DNA of 62,260 bases from a virus (Duplodnaviria; Caudoviricetes): positions 1 through 62,260 of IMG/VR virus record IMGVR_UViG_3300048801_000006. The stretch is one strand, 5' to 3'. Position 1 is the stretch's first letter. Every line of letters begins with the position of its first letter. The translations under genes were made by a program, and so were the position numbers. Under the pieces are notes generated by a model. The model ran no database searches, was not told the origin of the DNA, and saw only the letters and a list, made by a program, of their open reading frames with translations. Below, in pieces: positions 43,131-52,408 of this stretch.

Positions 43131-43257
43131 CAGGTCCACCAGAACGCAAGTATCGTAACTGCCAGCGCCGCCGAGAGAAGCCCGAACATCATCTCCGTCT
43201 GCTCCCGGTCAAGCCGCCGGTTCTCCGCCTCCGCCTTTTTGATCTCATCAAAAAACA

Positions 43258-43872
43258 TCATGCAGCCCTCAGTATTTCATCGATGTTAATTTTTGAGACC
43301 TGAAAAGAGAGCGCCACGACCTCCGGGTTGGCTTCCCATGACCCGGAGCCGTTCAGGCTGCTCCACAAGTTTGCGAAGCCGCCACGGTGAGAGACTGGGA
43401 TGAAGTAGTCCTCCCCGACATCACCGACGCGGATCGACTTACGGAACTCAACGCCCGCTCCCTCTGCGCGCGCGTCCGCCTCCGTGATGTTCTGGAGGCG
43501 CTCCGTCTTGACGCTGGTGATCGTCAGCGTCAGCCGGGAGAACTGGCGCGGTAGATGGATCGACGGGCGCGGCTTGCACCAGTCCCCCTCCTGCGGATCG
43601 CCGTCCGCCCAATACCAGATGGGCGTCGAGCGCGACCAGAACCTCGGCCCGAGCTGACGGCTCTGCGCCCACGGTCCGGAGAAGTTTTCCCGGACCCACA
43701 GCCGGTCTCCCGGCTGCACCTTCGCCCACATAGACGGAATCGGCGCGGACTCCACGTTGCTCCCGCGCATAGTCCAGCGGCCGAAGTAAGAGAGCCGCCG
43801 CGTCATGGTCTTCTGTCCGGAGAGGAGCGCGCAGACCATAGGCGCGGAGAAGATGATCGGAATGTCCTTCAT
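43258..43872 (-). CDS. ASCH/PUA-like phage protein
   Basis: PIIFSAPMV.ALL.G.KT.TRR, PGDRLWVRE, PSIHLPR..SRLTL, ERLQ.ITE.DA.AEG, W.ANP.V. Confidence 0.85.
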   Translation of the reverse strand: MKDIPIIFSAPMVCALLSGQKTMTRRLSYFGRWTMRGSNVESAPIPSMWAKVQPGDRLWVRENFSGPWAQSRQLGPRFWSRSTPIWYWADGDPQEGDWCKPRPSIHLPRQFSRLTLTITSVKTERLQNITEADARAEGAGVEFRKSIRVGDVGEDYFIPVSHRGGFANLWSSLNGSGSWEANPEVVALSFQVSKINIDEILRAA

Positions 43873-44188
43873 GGCTCCATCTCCTCCTTGGTCCAGTGTC
43901 CCCGCCACATGCGGCGTATCTCTCCAACCTCCTGACGCGCGGCGGACCACATGCCGACGACGGCGGCTATCGGTATGACGATCACCGCGTAGATCAGGAG
44001 CTGGAGCTTGTTGAGCGGTGCGGTCATCGGCCCCGCCCTCCGCCCTTGTTCTTCCGACCGCCGCCGCCTTTGACCTTGGCGATCTGCTGGCGGAGCTCAG
44101 CCTTCGACGGAGCTGGTCGCTTCGACGCGTTGTTCTCGCGCATGGCGCGGAGAGCGAGTTCTTTCGGTCCCGGTGGTTGTGACATGGT

Positions 44189-44650
44189 CTACCTCCCTTT
44201 GATGATGTGCTTCGTGATCTGCTTCGCATCGCGGACCACGGCCAAGCCGCGAGCCTCGATGCTGTGGATAGTTTTTTCCGCCGCGTTGACGGCTGCGCGC
44301 CAGTACCTCGGGGTTTTCATTCCGTGAGCATTGATCAGGTCGTAGATGGCTACCGCCAAGGCGGAGCGGTCCTTGCAAACCTCTCTGACTCGATCCTCTG
44401 TAGCTCGGCGGTTCGCGGCTTCCTCATCGATCTGAACGCCGAGCCGGTCGTTTTCAATTATCAGCGCAGCAGCCCTCTGCTGCTCCTGTTCGAGGGTCCG
44501 CCTCTCCGCCTCATACTTGCTGACCTTGGCGCATAGGGCGCTGATCGTTTCCTCAAGGAAAACTCGACCGCGCTTCTCCTCCGCCAGCGAGTCTCTCTCG
44601 ACCGTGGCGTCGATCAGCCTCTCCAGTAACCAATCTTCGATAGCCGTCAT
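44189..44650 (-). CDS. coiled-coil hypothetical protein
   Basis: GGAGG RBS; heptad-like composition. Confidence 0.6.
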   Translation of the reverse strand: MTAIEDWLLERLIDATVERDSLAEEKRGRVFLEETISALCAKVSKYEAERRTLEQEQQRAAALIIENDRLGVQIDEEAANRRATEDRVREVCKDRSALAVAIYDLINAHGMKTPRYWRAAVNAAEKTIHSIEARGLAVVRDAKQITKHIIKGR

Positions 44651-44664
44651 TTCGTCCTCCCAGC

Positions 44665-44982
44665 TTACTCGGCGGATTCGCCGCCGAACGATTCGAGTGC
44701 CTGCTTGATGAAAGGCCAGTGTCGCACGATGACCTGCGCGGCTCCGGCCATCCGGTCCCGGTCATAACCGAGAGCGGTCTTGCTCCGCGCTATCGCGGTG
44801 AGCGCGCGTTCGAGGTCCGCGAGCGCGGTAGATCGCGGCAGGTCCAGCCGAGCCCTGATCTCTTTCGCCACCGCCTTGAGGGCCTTGACGTTGTCAGTGG
44901 CCCGCTCATTCCGTCCGAGCCGGACGATCACCTGCTCTATGACCGCGAGCTGATCTTCCAGCGAGATGACGTTGAGGCTCAT
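44665..44982 (-). CDS. hypothetical protein
   Basis: Coupled in the early operon. Confidence 0.6.
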   Translation of the reverse strand: MSLNVISLEDQLAVIEQVIVRLGRNERATDNVKALKAVAKEIRARLDLPRSTALADLERALTAIARSKTALGYDRDRMAGAAQVIVRHWPFIKQALESFGGESAE

Positions 44983-45521
44983 GCAGCCCTCCCGGCGTTC
45001 TTCCGCAACTCAGCCGGCGTAGTCCGGGACATCGAGGCGACGATCTCCAAGACGGCTTTGCTGCTCGCCTGAAAGGCCTCCTTCTTCATCGCCGGGACCG
45101 ACTGCGACATGGCGTATTTGACGACGAGCGCGGGACCGTGGACGCTGATCTGCGCGTAGGGTGACGCCTTCCGGATCGACTTCGCGGCTTGGAGCGCGTC
45201 CTTCGGAGTGCTGTAGATTTCCTCCGTCAGCGTGCAGTAGCCAGCCTGACAAAGCGCCCACTCCCGCAGATGCTCCGCGCTCGGGAACCGACCGTCGAAC
45301 TCCTCCGCGAGGTTCTTCCACGCCTCCTTGACCTGCGCGAAATATCCGCGGTGCTGCGACATCGACCGCTCCTCGGAAGTGATCAGAGGGTACTGCTCAT
45401 CGACGGCGTAGAGTTCGTCGTAAAGCCGGTTGAAGCGCGGCAACGGGATCATCGCGCGCTCGACGAAGACGTTCCTGACGCTGACATACATGATCGGCCT
45501 GACGCGCAGCGGCTTCCTCAT
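44979..45521 (-). CDS. recombination-associated phage protein (DUF1367/NinB-like)
   Basis: ERSM.QH..YFA....AW.NL...FPSAEHLR.WAL...GY...SQS...M.K..FQ.S; follows YqaJ. Confidence 0.6.
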   Translation of the reverse strand: MRKPLRVRPIMYVSVRNVFVERAMIPLPRFNRLYDELYAVDEQYPLITSEERSMSQHRGYFAQVKEAWKNLAEEFDGRFPSAEHLREWALCQAGYCTLTEEIYSTPKDALQAAKSIRKASPYAQISVHGPALVVKYAMSQSVPAMKKEAFQASSKAVLEIVASMSRTTPAELRKNAGRAA

Positions 45522-46183
45522 GGCTCCATCCTGTTCCGCAGCCGGGCTACGAGCTGCTTGAGTTCGTGGTTGAAGATTTCGATCTGGTTGTGCATCTCGC
45601 GGATGTAGGCGTCGTCACGCTGGACCGTGACGGTGTAGTCCGGCATTCCCGGGTAAAAGATTTTGAAGTCCCAACTGTCCCGCTCGAACACGAGCATGTT
45701 GCCGTGGACCTGCGCGCGGTGCTCCGGAGAGAGGCGCGGCGCGCCCTTCTCGATCAGCGGGATCATCAGGTCCGGTCGCATGGTCTTGGTCTCCAGACCG
45801 GAGCCGAATCCGATCAGGCCGTCCGGGCTGGCTCCGCACCGCTTGAGACCGGAGAAGTTGACGCCGAGGCCGACGCGCACGATCTCGACCCCGCGCCTGC
45901 GCTCATGGTCCGCGATGGCCTCCGGCTCCATCTCCTTGCCGCGCTCCATCGCGCGCGACTTGAAGGTCTCCTCCGCCGCGCGCCCGGTCACGATCTCGCC
46001 GGCCAGCCGGTACAGGTAGTCACGGCGGGTCAGTGACGGCCCGCCCTCCCTTCCGTTCGCCATGATGGAGGCGAAGTGAGACGCGGTCGGAAGGCCGAGC
46101 CGCGCCTCGAACCATTCCGGAGACCCTTGAACGACGTCGAGGATCACGAGCTGGCTCTTGGGCTTCGGTGCGGGCTTCTTCAT
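45518..46183 (-). CDS. YqaJ / lambda-exonuclease family protein
   Basis: QGSPEWF..R.G.PTAS, M.RG.E.EP.A, GASPDGL, LETK, QV.G. Confidence 0.92.
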   Translation of the reverse strand: MKKPAPKPKSQLVILDVVQGSPEWFEARLGLPTASHFASIMANGREGGPSLTRRDYLYRLAGEIVTGRAAEETFKSRAMERGKEMEPEAIADHERRRGVEIVRVGLGVNFSGLKRCGASPDGLIGFGSGLETKTMRPDLMIPLIEKGAPRLSPEHRAQVHGNMLVFERDSWDFKIFYPGMPDYTVTVQRDDAYIREMHNQIEIFNHELKQLVARLRNRMEP

Positions 46184-46383
46184 GGCCGCTCCACGAAGAT
46201 GCGCTGTCCGTCACGGCGCAGCGTGATCGTTCCGCCGTCGAAGATCAGCACGGACCCCAGAATGTCGTGCGCCATCCAGCACGTCCGGTTGAACTCTAGA
46301 GTCCGAATACAGATAGGCTCCTTGGGACCCATCGGCCGACCTTCCCAATCCGCTATGATGTCGAACACCATGAGGACCGTCAC
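46180..46383 (-). CDS. hypothetical protein
   Basis: GTG overlapping the ERF stop; stop overlaps the YqaJ start. Confidence 0.5.
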   Translation of the reverse strand: MTVLMVFDIIADWEGRPMGPKEPICIRTLEFNRTCWMAHDILGSVLIFDGGTITLRRDGQRIFVERP

Positions 46384-47318
46384 GACTTCGCCGCCTTCTT
46401 TGCGTGGTGGTCGCTGATCCGCTTCTTCGCGGCGGCGAACAGGTTGGCCGGCAGGTCGCCCGGCTCCTTGAGCCCGTAGGTGGCGCAGAAGTTCGGATCG
46501 CTGATCCCGGCCCACGTCAGGAGGTTCATGATCTCCTCAAGCTGCTTGGGCGTGATCTTCGTGAGCTGCTCCGGAGCGTCCGTGAAGCCGTCCTTGGAGC
46601 GGACGAAGTCTCCCTTGTAGCCGTCCGTGTCCGCGTCCTCGATTGCCTCGCTGATGATGTTGAGGAGCGCGATGGTGCAGTAGCGTTTGCCGTAGCTCTG
46701 CGAGGAACCCCAGCCTTGCAGGTTGTTCTTCGAGCCGGAGGTCTCGGCCGGCAGCGGGAACGCTGTCGTCTGCTCGTGGCCGTAGCCCTTCAAGTGTCCG
46801 CGCACGAGCAGCCTGCCGTCCGGCATAGGCTCCGTCGAGAATGACAGCGTGAAGCCGTGCTTCTGGAGGAGCGGGCCGCAGACCTTCATGATGTTCGCGA
46901 ACGTCGCGTAGGGCGTGGACTGCTGCACCTTGCCGTCCCGCTCTCCGGATGAGGTCTTGGCCCTGATCTCGATCTTACGGTCCGCGCGGATCACCGGCAG
47001 CTCACCCTGCAACAGGATGAACGCGTCGTTGAACGCCTTCTTCGCGTCCCGCGCCTCGATGCGCTCCTGCACGTCGAGCATGGCGTTCATCTTCGCCGCG
47101 TCACAGGCGGGATCGCGGACGGCGAGCGCGATGACCTCAAGCAGGGACCGTGGCGCTGTGACGGCGACCTGCTGCTGCGGCTGGTGGACCGCGACGGCTG
47201 TTGATGGCTTCTTTGTCGCCTTCATTTGCTTGACGACCTTCTTTGCCTCGGCGTTGCTCATCGGCGCGGGCTTCTTCTTCGGCGCGGCTTTTATCGGTAG
47301 TTCTGGTTGGGCAGTCAT
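46380..47318 (-). CDS. ERF family single-strand annealing protein
   Basis: YA.F..I.....P.L.KHGF.L.F, SGSKN..Q..GS..SYGKRY....LLNI....D.DG. Confidence 0.9.
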   Translation of the reverse strand: MTAQPELPIKAAPKKKPAPMSNAEAKKVVKQMKATKKPSTAVAVHQPQQQVAVTAPRSLLEVIALAVRDPACDAAKMNAMLDVQERIEARDAKKAFNDAFILLQGELPVIRADRKIEIRAKTSSGERDGKVQQSTPYATFANIMKVCGPLLQKHGFTLSFSTEPMPDGRLLVRGHLKGYGHEQTTAFPLPAETSGSKNNLQGWGSSQSYGKRYCTIALLNIISEAIEDADTDGYKGDFVRSKDGFTDAPEQLTKITPKQLEEIMNLLTWAGISDPNFCATYGLKEPGDLPANLFAAAKKRISDHHAKKAAKS

Positions 47319-47355
47319 GCGATTCTCCTGCGGGTTAATTGTCGATAATTATAGA

Positions 47356-47676
47356 TCAGACCTCGACCATTGGGAAACCGGAGTTCGGGCTCCGGATGAA
47401 CTTGGCGGGGATGGATTTGAAGGCTTTGATGTTGTCGATGGAGTCCATAGCCATCGTGAAGTCCTCGCCCTTCTCATCGATGAACTTCGCAAGGACGGTG
47501 TTCTGCGCCTTCGGAACATAGCCGACGCGCCGCCCGTGGATGTAGACGGCTACCGCGTTCGGATCGAACGGGTTCTGAGGCTCCCTGACGAGCGTGGCCT
47601 CTGTTCCCACGGGAAGGAGCGTCACGAACTCCTCCGACTTCTGATGGTTCAGGCCGACGATAGAGTAGGTCTTCAT
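47356..47676 (-). CDS. HIRAN domain protein
   Basis: IVG..H, L.REP.NP.DPNAV.V......GYVP. Confidence 0.85.
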   Translation of the reverse strand: MKTYSIVGLNHQKSEEFVTLLPVGTEATLVREPQNPFDPNAVAVYIHGRRVGYVPKAQNTVLAKFIDEKGEDFTMAMDSIDNIKAFKSIPAKFIRSPNSGFPMVEV

Positions 47677-48029
47677 TTCAAATAATACCTTCTGATGTTG
47701 CCGCTGTAGGGCTGCGTCTCTTGAAGCTGAGACATGGTGGTCCAGACCCGGAGGTAGGCGTCGTGCAACGCCTGCTCCTCCGGGGTAATGGAGTCTTTGA
47801 AGTTCGAGTAGGTGATCCGGTCGATCTCCCGAGCCATCGCCTCCTTGACGTCCGTCTTGGAGACTACGGCGCGGAACGCGTAGTCGGTCTTGGTGTCCTT
47901 CCGGACCTTGACCAGCCGGCCGAAGACCTTCTGGATGTCTCCGGCTCGCCGCGCGCGGACGAGAAGCTCACCGCGCTCACAGTCCTTGTGGACGATGGAG
48001 AGGAAGGCGTCGTTCAAGCAAATCCACAT
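47673..48029 (-). CDS. conserved hypothetical protein
   Basis: MWICLND.FLSIV...LLVRAR..GDI...DY.FR...I.Y.NFK.S. Confidence 0.7.
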   Translation of the reverse strand: MWICLNDAFLSIVHKDCERGELLVRARRAGDIQKVFGRLVKVRKDTKTDYAFRAVVSKTDVKEAMAREIDRITYSNFKDSITPEEQALHDAYLRVWTTMSQLQETQPYSGNIRRYYLK

Positions 48030-48409
48030 TACAGCGCACCCGCTAAATCCCGGACGATCATCCGCTTCTTCGGGTCGAGCTTGACGAAGGTCTCCGCCAG
48101 CTCCGCCGCGCCGTGAGCGGCGAAGAATCGGGCGACGACGGTGTTCGTCTTTCCGTCGGTCTTCATGTGCGGCGCTCCTTCGAAAAACCAGCCAACGTCC
48201 ATGCGGAGAGTTTCGGCGAGCAGGACCAAGGCTCCGCACGAGATACGGTTCGTGCCGCGCTCGTATTTCTGAACTTGCTGGAAGCTGACGCCGAGAGCAT
48301 CGGCTAGCTTGTCTTGCGAGAGGTCCGCCGCGTTGCGGGCTGCGCGGAGCTTGAGGCCGATGTAGATGTCAATCTCGTTGGCGGTTCGTTTTTTGGAAGG
48401 CTTCTTCAT
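48029..48409 (-). CDS. XRE-family HTH transcriptional regulator
   Basis: D..IG.KLR..R....SQ..LA..LGVSFQQVQKYERG.NRI, the alphaproteobacterial XRE pattern. Confidence 0.9.
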   Translation of the reverse strand: MKKPSKKRTANEIDIYIGLKLRAARNAADLSQDKLADALGVSFQQVQKYERGTNRISCGALVLLAETLRMDVGWFFEGAPHMKTDGKTNTVVARFFAAHGAAELAETFVKLDPKKRMIVRDLAGAL

Positions 48410-48456
48410 CGAGGTTCTCCACTTTTGATTCCCCAAATTTCCTTCGCGCGCTCCGT

Positions 48457-48819
48457 TCAGGGCTTGTGGGCGCGGTCGTACTCGTTGAGCTTCTCGTAGA
48501 ACTCCGGGTTTCCGGGCTCCCCGTTGACGCGGCAGTCGCAGCCGTTGCCGGAGCCGATCAGGTGAGCGGCGGCCTCACTCATGGCGGCGGCGACGTCTGG
48601 TGGGCGGTCCTCCTCATACGGATTGACGACGAGACCGCAGCTTGAGTTGTGGTCCGCGTCGAACCGAAGCGCGGGACACGGTCCCGGTCGATCTCCGAAT
48701 AGGTGAGCCGCCAGCGGACAGAGAGACGCTATGCAGCAGATGCCGCACCGCGTGCACGGCTCCCCGTGCTTGGGCTTCCGTGCGAGAAGCTCTCTCGGAG
48801 CGATGAACCCCAGCTTCAC
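48457..48819 (-). CDS. Cys-rich (Zn or Fe-S) protein
   Basis: KP.HG.PC.RCG.CC....CP, GPCPAL, CGL, G.GCD. Confidence 0.7.
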   Translation of the reverse strand: MKLGFIAPRELLARKPKHGEPCTRCGICCIASLCPLAAHLFGDRPGPCPALRFDADHNSSCGLVVNPYEEDRPPDVAAAMSEAAAHLIGSGNGCDCRVNGEPGNPEFYEKLNEYDRAHKP

Positions 48820-49073
48820 GTCACGCTCTCCGCCAGCGTCTCGATCTCGGTCCAGACGGCCTCCAGCCGGTTGACCCGGTCCAGTTGCTCGCGCTGCGCG
48901 CGGTAGAGCTTGATCGCCGCCTCCGAGGAGCCTTGCGGGAGGTAGTCTCTCCCGTTGGGCGCGGCCTGATGCAACGCGTCGATGGCTTTCCGGAGCATGG
49001 TCATCGCCTCAAGGTATTGCTCAAGGAGCTGACGGCGGCTCGTACCGTTCAAGTTGACCTCAGGTACTTGCAT
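48816..49073 (-). CDS. hypothetical protein
   Basis: P.V.LNGTS...L...PNGRDY.PQG. Confidence 0.65.
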   Translation of the reverse strand: MQVPEVNLNGTSRRQLLEQYLEAMTMLRKAIDALHQAAPNGRDYLPQGSSEAAIKLYRAQREQLDRVNRLEAVWTEIETLAESVT

Positions 49074-49461
49074 CGCCGACCTCCCCTCTCGGCAGGCCGA
49101 GAGCGTTCCAGACCTCATCCGGTATGAAGGCAACTCGCCGTCGCGCGATCTCCTCGGCGAGCGCCTCCGGCTGGACGAAGCGCCTCATGGCCTCCTCCCG
49201 GAGGACGATCCACGCTCCGGTCCGGTAGGGGTTGTCCCCGCCCTCGCCGTCACGGGTGCTGATGCAGATGATTCCCTGCTTCATGTACCCGGCGCACTCG
49301 TCGCAGGGCTCCTTGTTCCAGACCGCGTTGCGCAGTGCCTCCCGGTCCCCCGGAAGGCGACCGGCGAGAATGATCTCGTTCTTCGGCTTGTTGCAGAAGA
49401 AGCAGAGAGGGATGGCCGGGTTGACCCCGTGCGCATCACTGAGACGGATGCTCCGGCTCAT
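49060..49461 (-). CDS. hypothetical zinc-binding protein
   Basis: HGVNP...CFFC...PCDEC...NPYRTG. Confidence 0.65.
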   Translation of the reverse strand: MSRSIRLSDAHGVNPAIPLCFFCNKPKNEIILAGRLPGDREALRNAVWNKEPCDECAGYMKQGIICISTRDGEGGDNPYRTGAWIVLREEAMRRFVQPEALAEEIARRRVAFIPDEVWNALGLPRGEVGDAST

Positions 49462-49631
49462 CGGACCTCCTCCTCAAGGCCTTCTGCAGCGGAGTCGCAA
49501 TCATCCGCTATGCAGGTCCCGTCGCATGGCACTTCGTCATAGAAGTGCATGGCCTCCGGACAGTGTTCCCGGATTATGATCGCGGCTATCCGGAGCATCT
49601 CAGCCGCGCGGGCTTTCGGGGTCTTAGCCAT
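49458..49631 (-). CDS. hypothetical protein
   Basis: FYDE..CDG.CIADDC; coupled overlaps. Confidence 0.5.
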   Translation of the reverse strand: MAKTPKARAAEMLRIAAIIIREHCPEAMHFYDEVPCDGTCIADDCDSAAEGLEEEVR

Positions 49632-50494
49632 TACCGGACCACCGACTTCGGTCGGTCGCCGATTGCCGCGCCCGCCATCTGCTGCTTGTGGCCGGTGTTC
49701 TTCGCCCACTGGCGCAGCGCCTTCTCCTTGGCGTCGAGCGAGATGAAGGGCCAGAGCGCGTCACGGTCGAGCTTGTTGGCGTCCTCGACCTCCGCGTAGA
49801 ACTCACGCGCCATCGTGGACAGCGTCCCATCCGCTCCGCGCTGCCGCATGATGTCGGCCGGACGCGCGAGCGTCTCGACGTAGGCCGCCTCCGCCTTGTC
49901 CTCCGCGACCTGAGCCTCGATCCGCGCCGCGCTCGACTGCGTCTCGACCTCAACCGCGGCGGCCTCCTTGACCGCCTGCGTCTCCGGCTTGCGCGCGCGC
50001 TCCGCCGCCAGCCGCTTCTCCTCCGCCTCCTTGGCGAGCCTCTCCTGCTCCGCGCGCGCGGCGGCGGCCTTCCGGGCCTCCTCCGCCGCGATCTGCCGAC
50101 GCCGCTCCTGCTCCGCCAGAAGGACCCGCGTGTCGTAGTCCGTCAGCCGCGCGTTGAGCGAGTCGCCGATGCCGTCCTTCGCGCGCTTGTCACGCTTGAG
50201 CAGCTTGTCGAGCATCCCGTTGAAGAACTGATCGCAGCCTTGGCCGCGCCGCAGGTGAGGCATCTTCTCCAGCTCGCGGACCCCGTCGATCCGCTTGCCC
50301 TGATCCCGGATGCTCTTGATCAGGGAGACGACGCGGGACTTGGTCGCCTCGTCCTCGATCTTCTCCGGTATCTCGCTCGCGGCGGCGATGAGGTCTTCGA
50401 CCTGAACGCCCATGTTCTGGTAGTCCACCGAGAGACGGCGGACCTCCTCGTTCGCGAAGTCGATGCTTTGGGTGTTGTCGCCGATCATGCTCAT
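49631..50494 (-). CDS. coiled-coil phage protein
   Basis: IGDN N-terminus, R..EK.P.L......D.FF, long Ala/Glu coiled coil. Confidence 0.7.
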   Translation of the reverse strand: MSMIGDNTQSIDFANEEVRRLSVDYQNMGVQVEDLIAAASEIPEKIEDEATKSRVVSLIKSIRDQGKRIDGVRELEKMPHLRRGQGCDQFFNGMLDKLLKRDKRAKDGIGDSLNARLTDYDTRVLLAEQERRRQIAAEEARKAAAARAEQERLAKEAEEKRLAAERARKPETQAVKEAAAVEVETQSSAARIEAQVAEDKAEAAYVETLARPADIMRQRGADGTLSTMAREFYAEVEDANKLDRDALWPFISLDAKEKALRQWAKNTGHKQQMAGAAIGDRPKSVVR

Positions 50495-50629
50495 AGCTTT
50501 AAGCCTCCATCATGGTGTTGAGCGCGGAGAGAAGCTCCGCCTTGGTTGGGAAGGCGTATCGGCCTTCGTTTTTTTCGTTGTTCGTGATGTAGAGGAGCCA
50601 CCCGTTTGAGATGCGCTCGATTCGGTATT

Positions 50630-51109
50630 TCACTTGGGGTCCTTTCTCGGTTGGAAGTCTGCGCGGCCTTCAATCAGGTCCGCGATGGTGTTGCGGCTGT
50701 AGAAGCCGTCGAGCAGTCCGTAGTGCTCATTCAGGGAGAGGGCTTCGAGGAGGTAGCTCGTAGAGAACGCCACGCCGAAATAGTCCGTGACGCGGTCGTG
50801 CGCGTCTCCGCTCAAGGTCCGGTCGATGAGGTTGCCGTCCGCGCCTACGTTCCAAGCGTGATGGATCGGGACGCCGTACACGGAGACGTAGCCCTCGACG
50901 TAGGTCAGCTTGTTGCTCAGGGCTTCGTTGGTCGCGTTCCGGAAGCACTCCTGCGGCCGCGCGCGGCGACCGGAGAAGGTCTCAGGTCCCGGCCGGTACG
51001 TCCTGCCGTACTTGAGCATGAACCTGTCGATCTCCATCCCGCCGACCTGACCCAACTTCTCGAAAGCGGAGACGCGGAAAATCAGATGCTCTTTCATGGT
51101 CTCCATCAC
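50630..51109 (-). CDS. conserved phage protein with a Cys/His motif (transglutaminase-like)
   Basis: ECF.NA...YVEGY...PI.HAW......ID.T...Y.GV. Confidence 0.65.
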   Translation of the reverse strand: MMETMKEHLIFRVSAFEKLGQVGGMEIDRFMLKYGRTYRPGPETFSGRRARPQECFRNATNEALSNKLTYVEGYVSVYGVPIHHAWNVGADGNLIDRTLSGDAHDRVTDYFGVAFSTSYLLEALSLNEHYGLLDGFYSRNTIADLIEGRADFQPRKDPK

Positions 51110-51273
51110 GCCTCCTCCTCCGGACCTGTCACGCGGTATTGAAACGCGGAGTTGGTCTCAGCGCATTGGTCCGCGTACCATTGAGCGGCAACGCGGACGT
51201 TGAAGGCTGCGATCTTTTCAAAGAACGGGTAGGTCGATTTGCACTCGACAACGCAGGGCAGCACCTTCTCCAT
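51106..51273 (-). CDS. hypothetical protein
   Basis: PFFE.IAAFN...A..YA..C......YRV. Confidence 0.5.
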   Translation of the reverse strand: MEKVLPCVVECKSTYPFFEKIAAFNVRVAAQWYADQCAETNSAFQYRVTGPEEEA

Positions 51274-51761
51274 CAGACCCTCCTCTGCCGCATGCCGGGA
51301 GGAGCGGCGATCTCGTGCTCGACCACGTCGCGCTTGCCGTCGTCGTCGATGGCGACCGGCATCCGGATCGTCGGATCGGTGAAAGCCCAAAGGTGATACT
51401 TGTTGCTGGTATCCACGAGCCGGGACTCGGCCGGATAAATCTCGAAGGCCTCGCACTCATCGCCAACCATCTGGTTCTTGATCAGTTGCCGGTGCCGCCA
51501 GTCGAACACCGCAGCGCCATCGACGCGGCGGATGTTGATGTGCAGCATCTCCGCCTTGAAGGCGTCGTTGTAAAAAGGCCGGACCTGAACCTGATAGATG
51601 TCGTTGCGCCAGTAGGTGCATTGGTTGTCGTAGGCGTCCAGCTTGGCGACCGCTTCCTCGCGGGTTAGCTGGTAGGCCGCCATCGTGGCGGTGATGATCT
51701 TCTCGTCGTTCTTGCTGCCGAAGATCGTCGCGGGTTGCAGCGGCTTCCACTTGTAGGCCAT
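51273..51761 (-). CDS. conserved phage protein
   Basis: ND.YQV...H..IRR.D....DWR..Q.IKN...G.E.EA.E.YPAESRLVD..N.YHLW. Confidence 0.8.
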   Translation of the reverse strand: MAYKWKPLQPATIFGSKNDEKIITATMAAYQLTREEAVAKLDAYDNQCTYWRNDIYQVQVRPFYNDAFKAEMLHINIRRVDGAAVFDWRHRQLIKNQMVGDECEAFEIYPAESRLVDTSNKYHLWAFTDPTIRMPVAIDDDGKRDVVEHEIAAPPGMRQRRV

Positions 51762-51873
51762 CCGATCGCTCCATGATTGGGGTACGTCGCACCACCAATC
51801 TATGAACTTTTATCCCCTAAGTCCACGAGGTCCGTGGCTTGTCCGGACCCAAATTTGGTGGTAGGTCTCCGCC

Positions 51874-52149
51874 ATGACCGAGAAAATCATGCAGCAAAAC
51901 CTCCTCGCGCTCGCGCAGACCTACGCCACGGCGAAGGGGTGGGCACTTTCTACGGTCAGCAAGGAAATACACGGGAACCATATGTTTCTTGAGAAGTATC
52001 TAACGGGTGAGATGTCTCCGACGACGAAGACCTACTTCCTGATGGTCAATCGTCTGCGGCAGAAATGGCCTCGGGGAACGCCGTGGCCGGTGACGGCCTC
52101 AACGCCGAAGTTGGGGAAAAAAGTCGATGAAGGGTTCAGCGAGGGCTAG
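51874..52149 (+). CDS. Cro-like DNA-binding protein
   Basis: First gene of the rightward arm; LA..YA.A....STVS..I.G...F...WP....WP pattern. Confidence 0.6.
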   Translation: MTEKIMQQNLLALAQTYATAKGWALSTVSKEIHGNHMFLEKYLTGEMSPTTKTYFLMVNRLRQKWPRGTPWPVTASTPKLGKKVDEGFSEG

Positions 52150-52178
52150 TGCCTGATTCGCGAATCCGATAGGGGTTC

Positions 52179-52388
52179 GTGATGGCTGAAATACTCAAGA
52201 AAGAGCGCACCGTTTGGGTCAGCATCCCGCTCGATCCGGAGACCGCTGCGCGCCTGCAGAACCTCTCGGACTTCTGCCATGCGGAGCCGGTCAAGGTGGC
52301 CGCCTCCCTTCTGCATGACATCCTCAAAGACGATGAAGAGTACAACCTGCCAGCCGCGATCAGCGTCGGGTCGGCCACGATCAACTGA
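52179..52388 (+). CDS. small putative DNA-binding protein
   Basis: Ribbon-helix-helix-like VSIPLDPETAARL; CII-like position. Confidence 0.5.
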   Translation: MMAEILKKERTVWVSIPLDPETAARLQNLSDFCHAEPVKVAASLLHDILKDDEEYNLPAAISVGSATIN

Positions 52389-52408
52389 CACCCCAACAGG
52401 AGAGACGC

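Noticed and set aside
47356-47676. MAMDS in the HIRAN protein (also AMD in 33268..33939 and 36784..37416) as protease sites
   Set aside because: Single occurrences in non-head proteins are compatible with chance; not counted as evidence
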